From NCBI GenBank assembly GCA_963759695.1, contig CAVXAO010000001.1, positions 16,259-80,258 on the forward strand: 64,000 bases of DNA. Direction: 5' to 3'. This document shows, piece after piece, positions 56,870 to 64,000 of the stretch. Source of the stretch: an uncultured Solirubrobacterales bacterium (GTDB lineage: Bacteria > Actinomycetota > Thermoleophilia > Solirubrobacterales > Solirubrobacteraceae). The number at the start of each line of letters is the position of its first letter. Positions within the stretch are counted from its first letter, which is position 1. Under the pieces are notes generated by a model. It worked only from the letters and a program-made list of their open reading frames with translations. It made no database searches and was not told the DNA's origin. Position numbers and translations under genes: made by a program.

Positions 56870-57021
56870 GTGCCCCCCCAAACTGTAGTTGGGGTGGCGT
56901 GAGCGCTGGTCCGTGGCGGGGTGGGGGCTGGCGCTATTTGCGGTCTTTTGCCACGTGGCGCGACAAAGGCGCCACAGACGCTTGGTCAGATTTGTGGTGG
57001 ATTGGTGAGCGGTAGCGGGGT

Positions 57022-57080
57022 GGCGGTGGCGCGGTGGCAGGGCGGTGGCGCGGCGGAGCGGGCGGTGGCGCGGCGGCGGC
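57022..57080. repeat. Short tandem repeat, 3 units of 19-20 nt (GGCGGTGGCGCGGYGG...)
   Basis: GGCGGTGGCGCGG at 57022, 57041 and 57061, in the region upstream of the PafBC-like gene. Confidence 0.7.
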
Positions 57081-57191
57081 GGGGCGGGCGGTTTGCGCCG
57101 GCGGTGCGAGATGGCGGGCGCCAGTGGGTTGGGCTCGGTGGCTTTCGACTCTCGGCCCGCGGGGCGGCTGTGGCGGCGCGCCGCCTCGGAC

Positions 57192-57552
57192 TTGCGGGCG
57201 GCCCGGTAAACGGCGCTGGGAAAGGGGGCGGGAACGGGCGCGATCGCGGCCCTTCGATGGTGCACAGCACGACAATCTTGCGGCGGATGGCGAGGCCTGG
57301 CGATTGTGCACGAGGAGTGTGCTCAGTACGACAGGGCTCGGATGTGGCGCCGGTGTTGACGCGCTATGCACCATGCCCGTGACGCTCTTGACACGCTCCG
57401 GTCACGAAGTCGCAAAGAAGATCTGCGTGAGTGCCCAAATTGCCCCGGCGCCCGCCAATTTGGGCGATCAACCAGGCCCGGAGTCCCGCCGGCGCCGATC
57501 GACCACCCCCACCCATCCCTTCCCCAGCGCCGTTTACCGGGCCGCCCGCCAA
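57192..57552 (+). repeat. MITE-like dispersed repeat, copy C (complete: both terminal inverted repeats present)
   Basis: Left end: TTGCGGGCGGCCCGGTAAACGGCGCTGGG (57192-57220). Right end: CCCAGCGCCGTTTACCGGGCCGCCCGCCAA (57523-57552), which is the reverse complement of the left end with one 1-nt gap. The core aligns with copies A and B. Confidence 0.8.
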
Positions 57553-57568
57553 TCCAGGCTGCCGGCGC

Positions 57569-58540
57569 CTACGCCGCCTGGCGCTCCGCCTCCGCCCGCT
57601 CGCCGAAGAAGGCCCCGCCACCGAGGGCCTTGTCGTACGCCGACCACTGCTCGCCGAGGGGAAGCCCCCGCTCGATGCGGTCGAAGCTGCCGAGCCGGCC
57701 GCCGAGGTTGTCGATCATGTGCACGAGCGTCGCTTCCCGCGTACACGGCACGACCGGGCTGCCGTGCTCCAGTGAGCCGTGGTGGCTGAGGATGATGTGC
57801 AGGACCGCCCGCTCGAGATCGGGGGGGAAGCCGTCGATCCGCTCGATCAGCCGGCGGACGAGGTAGTAGCCGAGCGGGATCTCGCCGTACAGCCGGCCGT
57901 GGTCGGACATCGAGATCGCGTCGCCGTCGAGGTCGTAGGCGTCGAGCTTGCCGAGGTCGTGGAGAAGCGCGCCCGTGACGGCGACGTCGCGGTCGATTCC
58001 GGGAAACGTGGCGGAGATGGCGCTGACGGCCTGCGCGACCGTCAGGCAATGCTCGAGCAGCCCGTGGCGGTACGCCTGGTGGTAGTACTTGGCGGCGGGC
58101 GCCTCCCGATACCTAGCCCACATCGACGAGCCGGGCCGGAACACCAGGCCCAGGAGGCGCCGGAGGTGGGGGTTCTGGATCGTCCCCAGCAGCTCGCGCA
58201 GGTCGGTCTCCATCTGGTCGGGGGCGCGCGTCGGTCCGTCGACGAGGTCCTCACGCGAGTAGTCGCCCGGCCGAGCGCGGCGGATCTCGTGGACCGCGAG
58301 CTGGGGTCCGTGGCGGGGGTGGACCGAGCAGCGGCCGGCGAACCACGCGATTTCGCCGGCGCGGCAGATCTCGCGCGCGTCGGGGACGCCGTCGACCACA
58401 GTCGCCGGGATCGTGCCGGTTCGATCGCCGAGCATCAGCCTCACGGACTCGCCGCCGTCGCGGCGCCGGCGAGCGTCGATCTCGCGCACCAGCAGCGCCT
58501 GTGCGATCTCGATTCCGTCTGCAAACTCCCGGACTTTCAT
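57569..58540 (-). CDS. OB-fold plus HD-domain nuclease, YhaM-like (3'-5' exoribonuclease family)
   Basis: ORF track, 323 aa. ...AYRHGLLEHCLTVAQ...GALLHDLGKLDAY...ILSHHG.... Confidence 0.65.
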   Translation of the reverse strand: MKVREFADGIEIAQALLVREIDARRRRDGGESVRLMLGDRTGTIPATVVDGVPDAREICRAGEIAWFAGRCSVHPRHGPQLAVHEIRRARPGDYSREDLVDGPTRAPDQMETDLRELLGTIQNPHLRRLLGLVFRPGSSMWARYREAPAAKYYHQAYRHGLLEHCLTVAQAVSAISATFPGIDRDVAVTGALLHDLGKLDAYDLDGDAISMSDHGRLYGEIPLGYYLVRRLIERIDGFPPDLERAVLHIILSHHGSLEHGSPVVPCTREATLVHMIDNLGGRLGSFDRIERGLPLGEQWSAYDKALGGGAFFGERAEAERQAA

Positions 58541-58581
58541 CGGGCGACGAAGATAGAGTGGAGCGCGGACGGCACTTGACC

Positions 58582-59271
58582 ATGGAGCGCACTGCGATCG
58601 TGACCGGTGGGACGGGCGGACTGGGCACCGCCGTGACCCACCGCCTGCTCGAGGACGGCTGGCGCGTCGTCGTCCCGTGGGTGTTCGAGCACGAGCTCGA
58701 GCGGGTGCGGGAGCGCCAGGGGCTGGAGCTCGTCGAGGCCGACCTGCTCGACCAGGCGGCCGTCGAGAACGTGGTGGCGACCGCCACGATGGGCGGGGCG
58801 CCGTTGCGTGGGCTCGTCAACCTGATCGGCGGGTTCGCCGCCGGGGGGCGAGTCCACGAGACGCCGATCGACGAGTTCGAGAAGCAGTTCCGGCTCAACC
58901 TCCGCACGACGTATCTGATGACGCAAGCAGCCCTGCCGCACATGGTCGAGGCCGGCGTGGGTTCGATCGTGTGCGTGGGAACGCGGGCGGCGCTGCAGCC
59001 GTTCCCGGGCGCCGCCGGCTATATCTCGTCGAAGGCGGCGGTGATCGCGTTCGCGAAGGCGGTGGCGGTCGAGTACAAGAACGACGGCGTTCGCTGCAAC
59101 GTGGTGCTGCCGAGCGTGATCGACACGCCCGCCAACCGGGCGGAGATGCCGAACGCCGACTTCGATCGGTGGGTCAAGCCGGCCGAGATCGCCGGGGTCA
59201 TCGGCTGCCTGCTGACCGACGACTTCCTGCCGACGAGCGGCGCCGAGATTCCGGTCTACGGCCGGGCTTAA
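58582..59271 (+). CDS. Short-chain dehydrogenase/reductase (SDR)
   Basis: Trimmed to ATG 58582: MERTAIVTGGTGGLGTAV...YISSKAAVIAFAKAVA.... Confidence 0.8.
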   Translation: MERTAIVTGGTGGLGTAVTHRLLEDGWRVVVPWVFEHELERVRERQGLELVEADLLDQAAVENVVATATMGGAPLRGLVNLIGGFAAGGRVHETPIDEFEKQFRLNLRTTYLMTQAALPHMVEAGVGSIVCVGTRAALQPFPGAAGYISSKAAVIAFAKAVAVEYKNDGVRCNVVLPSVIDTPANRAEMPNADFDRWVKPAEIAGVIGCLLTDDFLPTSGAEIPVYGRA

Positions 59272-59322
59272 AACGGCACCGAGCCCCGGCGGTTTGACCG
59301 AGCCGGGTAGCATCCGCGACTT

Positions 59323-60876
59323 ATGGAACGTAAGTGGTGGACGCTGGTCGTCGTGTGCATCGCGACGTTCATGTTGCTGCTCGACATCACGATCGTGAAT
59401 GTGGCGCTGCCGAAGATCGCCTCGAGTCTGAAGGCGAGCTTCTCCGACATCCAGTGGGTGATCGACGCCTACGCGCTTACGCTGGCGTCGCTGCTGCTGA
59501 CCGCCGGGTCGCTGGCGGATCTGTTCGGCCGCAAGTTGGTGTTCTCGATCGGGTTGGCGTTGTTCTCGCTGACCTCGCTGTTGTGCGCGCTGTCGCCGAG
59601 CGCCACCTTCCTGATCCTGGCTCGGGCCGGGCAGGGGATCGGCGGCGCGATCATGTTCTCGTGCGCGCTGGCGCTGCTGGCCCAGGAGTTCCACGGCAAG
59701 GAGCGCGGTACGGCGTTCGGGGCATGGGGAGCGACGATCGCCGCCTCGGCCGCGGTCGGGCCGCTGCTCGGTGGCTTTCTGACCGAGGACTTCGGCTGGT
59801 CCTCGATCTTCTACATCAATGTCCCGATCGGGATCGCGTGCGTGGCGTTGACGCTGGCCAAGGTGCACGAGTCGCGCAATCCGGACGCACGGAGGGTGGA
59901 CTGGATCGGGACGATCACGTTCACCGGCGCCCTGTTCCTGATCGTGTTCGCGATCATCCGCGGCAACGCGGAGGGTTGGGGCAGCACCATGATCGTGTCG
60001 CTGTTCGCCGGCGGAGTGGTGCTGCTGATCGTCTTCCTCATCAGCCAGTTCACGCAGGAGAACGCGATGTTCGACGTCACGCTGTTCCGCAAGCCGACGT
60101 TCAGTGGCGCCTCGCTGGTCGCGTTCACGATCTCCTCGGCGATGTTCGCGATGTTCCTGTACCTGGTGCTCTACATCCAGACGATCCTGGGCCTTTCGCC
60201 GCTCCAGACCGGCCTTCGGTTTTTGCCCTTCACGGTGGTGTCCTTCTTTGTCGCGGTCCTGTCCGGGAACCTGTCCACGCGCGTCCCGGTCCGCTTCCTG
60301 CTCAGCGGCGGCCTGCTGCTGACGGCGATCGGATTGCTGCTGATGCGTGGCCTCACCGTCAGCTCGGACTGGACCGCGCTCCTGGCGGGGTTCATCGTCG
60401 CCGGCGCGGGCGTTGGGCTCGTCAACCCGGCGCTGGCCTCGACGGCGATCGGCGTCGTGCCGCCGCAGCGAAGCGGGATGGCGTCGGGCATCAACAACAC
60501 CTTCCGCCAGGTTGGAATCGCCACCGGGATCGCCGCCCTCGGCGCGATCTTCGAGAGCTCGCTGACGACCGGGATCGCGCCGAAGCTCGCCGGGACGCCG
60601 GCCGCCGGGCAGGGCGCGGAGATCGCCCGGGCGGTGGCGGCGGGTGGCGCCCAGAAGGTCGTCGCCGGGGTGCCCGCCGCCGATCGCGCGACCGCGAGCA
60701 CCGCGATCCACGCGGCCTTCGCCAGCTCGATGAACGACATCCTGCTGGTCGCGGCAATCGTCGCCTTTATCGGCGCGTTCCTTGGGTTAGTGCTGGTCCG
60801 CGGCAGCGACTTCGTCACGTACGGCCCGCCCCAGCCCGAGGCTAAGCCCGAGCCCGCGGCCTCCGCCGTCGGCTGA
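59323..60876 (+). CDS. MFS transporter, DHA2 (EmrB/QacA-like, 14-TM) family
   Basis: ORF track, 517 aa. ...MLLLDITIVNVALPKI...QWVIDAYALTLASLLLTAGSLADLFGRK.... Confidence 0.85.
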   Translation: MERKWWTLVVVCIATFMLLLDITIVNVALPKIASSLKASFSDIQWVIDAYALTLASLLLTAGSLADLFGRKLVFSIGLALFSLTSLLCALSPSATFLILARAGQGIGGAIMFSCALALLAQEFHGKERGTAFGAWGATIAASAAVGPLLGGFLTEDFGWSSIFYINVPIGIACVALTLAKVHESRNPDARRVDWIGTITFTGALFLIVFAIIRGNAEGWGSTMIVSLFAGGVVLLIVFLISQFTQENAMFDVTLFRKPTFSGASLVAFTISSAMFAMFLYLVLYIQTILGLSPLQTGLRFLPFTVVSFFVAVLSGNLSTRVPVRFLLSGGLLLTAIGLLLMRGLTVSSDWTALLAGFIVAGAGVGLVNPALASTAIGVVPPQRSGMASGINNTFRQVGIATGIAALGAIFESSLTTGIAPKLAGTPAAGQGAEIARAVAAGGAQKVVAGVPAADRATASTAIHAAFASSMNDILLVAAIVAFIGAFLGLVLVRGSDFVTYGPPQPEAKPEPAASAVG

Positions 60877-60904
60877 TCCGCCGCCGCCCGCCGTCCGCGT
60901 CGGC

Positions 60905-61630
60905 CTACAACCCCGGCGGGTGCCGGACCACGAAGCTCGACAGGTCGGGCTCGTCCGCCGGCTTGTTCGACCACCGCGACCCGGTCTGCGCCAGCGCCAC
61001 GGTGTCGAACCGCAGCCCCGCCACGTACATGAACGTGTGCCCCGGCGCCGCGAACACCGTGATCCATTTGCCCCGGCCCGGCTTGCCCCAACCCATGAGC
61101 TGGCCGGAGGTGACCGTCGTGTTGAGCAGGCCGGCCGCGGCGAACACGAAGCTCAGCGAGCCCGAGCAGTCATAGGCTGTGTCCTCGAACGTCCCGTGGC
61201 CGCCGCCGAAGCGGTAGGGCAGATGCGCGATCTCGTTGCCGGCGTTGATGATCTCCTGCACGACCGGGGGTGCGTCGATCGGGGCGATCGCGAGGCCGTT
61301 CGACGTCAGCGTCGCCTGGTTGGCGCTGGCGCTCTGTCCGCTCTGGGCGAGCTGTTGGCGAATGACCGCGTTCGATGTCGGCTGCGGGAGCGGCCCCGAG
61401 CTGGGGCCGACGCTCACCACCGCGGGCCCGGCGCCGGTGGCGCTCGCCTGCGGGGCGGATCCGGCCACCGGCTCGATCGCCTGCGGGTGGCCGTGGAGCG
61501 CCGTCGCGGTTGACGCGGGCACCTTGGTCGTGGCGGCGGCGTTCTGCGAGGAAGGCTGCTGGGCCGATGAACCGCACCCGACGAGGACCAGCGCGCTCAG
61601 CGCACCAACAACCAGACCCGCTCTACCCAT
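60905..61630 (-). CDS. NlpC/P60-family (C40) cell-wall hydrolase lipoprotein
   Basis: Trimmed to ATG 61630: MGRAGLVVGALSALVLVGCGSS.... C-terminus: ...LPYRFGGGHGTFEDTAYDCSGSLSFVFAAAGL...GHTFMYVAGL.... Confidence 0.75.
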   Translation of the reverse strand: MGRAGLVVGALSALVLVGCGSSAQQPSSQNAAATTKVPASTATALHGHPQAIEPVAGSAPQASATGAGPAVVSVGPSSGPLPQPTSNAVIRQQLAQSGQSASANQATLTSNGLAIAPIDAPPVVQEIINAGNEIAHLPYRFGGGHGTFEDTAYDCSGSLSFVFAAAGLLNTTVTSGQLMGWGKPGRGKWITVFAAPGHTFMYVAGLRFDTVALAQTGSRWSNKPADEPDLSSFVVRHPPGL

Positions 61631-61684
61631 GCTCGTCAGTATGCCGTGATTCCCGCGGCCAGACGCCGGCACGCGCGGGCTTTC

Positions 61685-62468
61685 TCAATCTTCGAAATTA
61701 CCCGAATAAAGTGCGAAATAGGCGCCCTGCGGATCCTGCAGCACCGCGATCTTGCCCATGCCGATGTCCATCGGGGCCACGATCTGCGTGCCGCCCAGCT
61801 CTGCGGCCTGGCGCATCGTCGCATCGATGTCGTCGGCGCCGAAATAGACGAGCCAATGCGGTGGCGTACCCGGTGGCACCACCGGGCGGATTCCGCCGTT
61901 GCCGTGTCCATCCTGGTTTTGGATCGTCATGTAGGGCATCCCTGTGCCCTCTATCGGCATCGTCTTCCAATCGAATAACTCCCCGTAGAACTTCGCCGAG
62001 CCGTCCATGTCCGGAGTGGCCAGCTCGTTCCACGACATCGCGCCGGGTCCGTTGACCAGCGAGGCGCCGATATTGGTCTTCGGTTCCCAGATCAGGAACC
62101 AGGCTCCCTGCGGGTCCTGGATGACCGCCATCCGGCCGGCATCCATCACGTCGAAGGGCGGCGCGTGGACGGTCGCTCCGAGCTCGGCGGCGCGCTCCGC
62201 CGTCTCGGTCCGCGCTCTCCACCGTGATGTAGGAGTTCCACGCGGGCGGGACGCCGGCGTCACGTTGCTGCTGCGGCTGCGGTGAGATGCCGGCCACGTT
62301 CTTGCCGTCGATCGTCGCCATCGTGTAGGTGACGCCGTCGCCGACAGGTAGGTCCTCGGTCTCCCAACCGAAAAGCCCCGAGTAGAACGCCTTCGCTCCC
62401 TCCTGATCGGTGGTGTTCAGATCGGTCCAACTGAAAGTCCCTGGTGTGTACTTCGTTCGTTCAGCCAT
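61685..62468 (-). pseudogene. Two-domain VOC/glyoxalase-family protein with one frameshift near 62212
   Basis: The N-terminus MAERTKYTPGTFSWTDLNTTDQEGAKAFYSGLFGWE...AWNSYITVE lies in track ORF 61698-62468. The C-terminus ...TAERAAELGATVHAPPFDVMDAGRMAVIQDPQGAWF...YFALYSGNFED lies in track ORF 61685-62263. Length 784 nt. Confidence 0.7.
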
Positions 62469-62537
62469 GGGGCGACCCTACCACCGGGGTGGCGGCGCAA
62501 ATCAGCCATTCAGTTAGATCCCTCATAGACTTCGCGT

Positions 62538-62925
62538 ATGCCCAACTACTCGAAGAAGAACCTCAAGGAAGTCGACGACTCAGCCGCCGATCGCGGTGGA
62601 GATATCGAGGCCCGGTTTGGCCGCAAGCATCTCGACTCGGACCATCTCGGCGTCAGCTATTTCCGTTACGGCCCGGCGTTCAAGGCGCCGTTCGGCCATC
62701 GGCATCGCGAGCAGGAGGAGGCGTACGTCGTGGTCGCGGGATCCGGCCGGATGAAGCTCGACGACGACATCGTCGACGTCCAGCAGTGGGATGTGATCAG
62801 GGTCGTCGCCGAGCGTCGTGCGGGCGTTCGAGGGCGGACCCGACGGCCTCGAGGTGATCGCGATCGGCTCGGACCGCCCCGAGGGCGGGGACGGCGAGAT
62901 GGTCCAGGACTTCTGGGTCGACTAG
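62538..62925 (+). pseudogene. Cupin-domain protein with one frameshift near 62805
   Basis: MPNYSKKNLKEVDDSAAD...HRHREQEEAYVVVAGSGRMKLDD...WDVIRV, then a +1 shift to SPSVVRAFEGGPDGLEVIAIGSDRPEGGDGEMVQDFWVD and a stop at 62923-62925. Length 388 nt. Confidence 0.65.
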
Positions 62926-63626
62926 GAAGGGGCTCTGCCTCGAGGGCCGGGCGCCGGTGGCGCTGTGTATCGCCGGGCGCCATCGATGAACCCGGTGAAC
63001 AGGGCGCCGGCGTCGGCCGCTGCCCGGCCGCATTCCCGCCAGGTCTCGTCCAGCAGGGCCTGAACGTCGAAGTCCTCGCGAGTGTCGTGCGCCCACGCCG
63101 CGACGATCCGAGGTGTGACCTCCGGGTGGAACTGAACGCCGAGGTGGCCGCGCACCCGGAACGCCTGCACGCCGCTGCCGTTGTGCGCAAGCAGCTGTGC
63201 GCCGGTGGGGAGAATGATCTCGTCGTCGTGCCACGTGAGCCACGGTCCGGGCCCGATCAGCGCCGGCTCTGCGGTCGTGATCCGCACCCATCCTCGCTCG
63301 GGCCGTCTGGCGCGGCCGACCCCGCCGCCGAGCGCGAGGGCGAGGGACTGCGCGCCGAAGCAGACGCCGAGGACGGACGTCTGCGCGCGGTCGGCCGCTC
63401 GCAGCCAGGCGAGCTCGCGGGCGATCCAGTCGTGCCCGTCGTTGGCGGACGCCTCGGACCCGAGGACGATCGCCAGCGCCACCGTGTCCGGGTCGGGGAG
63501 CGGGTCGTTTCGGTCGAGCCGCACGACCCGATAGGGCATCGCCCGCGACCGGAGCGCGTCGATCGCCAGCCCGGCGGGCGCGTCGGCCTGGTGCTGGATG
63601 ATCAGGGCTGGGGTTGGGTCCGTCAC
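62922..63626 (-). CDS. Class I (type 1) glutamine amidotransferase-domain protein
   Basis: Trimmed to GTG 63626 (GTGA overlap with the upstream stop): VTDPTPALIIQHQ...VLGVCFGAQSLALALGG...HLGVQFHPE.... Confidence 0.7.
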   Translation of the reverse strand: MTDPTPALIIQHQADAPAGLAIDALRSRAMPYRVVRLDRNDPLPDPDTVALAIVLGSEASANDGHDWIARELAWLRAADRAQTSVLGVCFGAQSLALALGGGVGRARRPERGWVRITTAEPALIGPGPWLTWHDDEIILPTGAQLLAHNGSGVQAFRVRGHLGVQFHPEVTPRIVAAWAHDTREDFDVQALLDETWRECGRAAADAGALFTGFIDGARRYTAPPAPGPRGRAPS

Positions 63627-64000
63627 GACCGGGCGATCGAGGCGGGGTCGCCCCGCTCCAGGCGGGTCATCGTCACGCTCGCCTCGAGCGTCGCGTTCGC
63701 GGCCCCGCGGTAGACGCCCTTGATCGGCGGGACGTCGGGGTAATGGCGCCCGTGGCCGATCTTGACGTGGTTCTCGGCCGCGAGCCCGCGGTTGGTCGGG
63801 TCGGCCCCGACCCAGACGGGCTCGCCGCCGCCCGGGACCGGGAGCAGCGCCTCGAGCCAGGCGTGGGTGTCGACCTCGACGGACTCCTCCGCTCTCTCGG
63901 ACCCGGCGGCGAACAGGTAGCCGGAGACGTAGCGCGCGGCGATCCCATGGTGGCGCAGCAGCGACAGCCCGAGGTGGACGAAGTCCTGACACACGCCGGC
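63623..64000 (-). CDS. Transglutaminase-like protein, C-terminal part (N-terminus beyond the right window edge)
   Basis: The track ORF 63623-63994 shows ...CQDFVHLGLSLLRHHGIAARYVSGYL...THAWLEAL... (transglutaminase core Cys/His). The frame is open to the window end. Confidence 0.7.
   Translation of the reverse strand, partial: AGVCQDFVHLGLSLLRHHGIAARYVSGYLFAAGSERAEESVEVDTHAWLEALLPVPGGGEPVWVGADPTNRGLAAENHVKIGHGRHYPDVPPIKGVYRGAANATLEASVTMTRLERGDPASIARS

Noticed and set aside
56900-57000. Possible fourth, inverted and degenerate fragment of the MITE-like element (GGGGTGGGGGCTGGCGC...) upstream of copy C
   Set aside because: Similarity is limited to short G-rich stretches that could match by composition alone. 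I cannot support it without a computed alignment.

Overview
Very GC-rich window (about 70 % by eye, not computed). Gene content looks like Actinomycetota, possibly Thermoleophilia or Solirubrobacterales, but that taxon is a guess. No rRNA, tRNA, CRISPR array, transposase, integrase or phage genes were recognised.

Layout from left to right:
- 1-2336: three TetR regulators.
- 2877-11466 (minus strand): a six-gene mce operon in which every junction is a 4-nt start/stop overlap, followed by a small wHTH gene.
- 11725-12428: a frameshifted secreted-protein gene.
- 12579-14210 (plus strand): the two YrbE/MlaE-type permeases, divergent from the mce genes.
- 14528-23893: a tightly packed three-gene operon encoding about 3100 aa of signal-peptide-bearing (predicted secreted) repeat proteins of unknown function.
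- 24.3-27.5 kb: an orphan RsbW-like kinase, a lipoprotein hydrolase and an oxidoreductase.
- 27.7-33.6 kb: a peptide-type ABC transporter whose three middle genes carry at least 11 single-base indels.
- 34.3-41.5 kb: a large LuxR (LAL) regulator, aguA/aguB, a GGDEF-EAL protein and a class II amidotransferase.
- 42.7-49.7 kb: a sugar-activation and glycosyltransfer cluster (PHP-GT4 fusion, galU, GHMP kinase, TMEM175-type channel, divergent GH31).
- 49.7-64 kb: housekeeping genes (pdxH, YceH-like, VIT1, sugar nucleotidyltransferase, fused PafBC, YhaM-like nuclease, SDR, MFS, NlpC/P60 and others).

Most interesting non-genic signals:
- A roughly 360-bp MITE-like dispersed element with 29/30-nt terminal inverted repeats, present three times in 24 kb.
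- Three abutting perfect palindromes that share the core CGCATGCG.
- Four GC-rich short-period tandem repeats in intergenic regions.
- A TetR gene with no stop codon.
- Frame-breaking indels at five loci, which may be assembly errors rather than biology.

All domain calls come from reading the translations; no database search was run.
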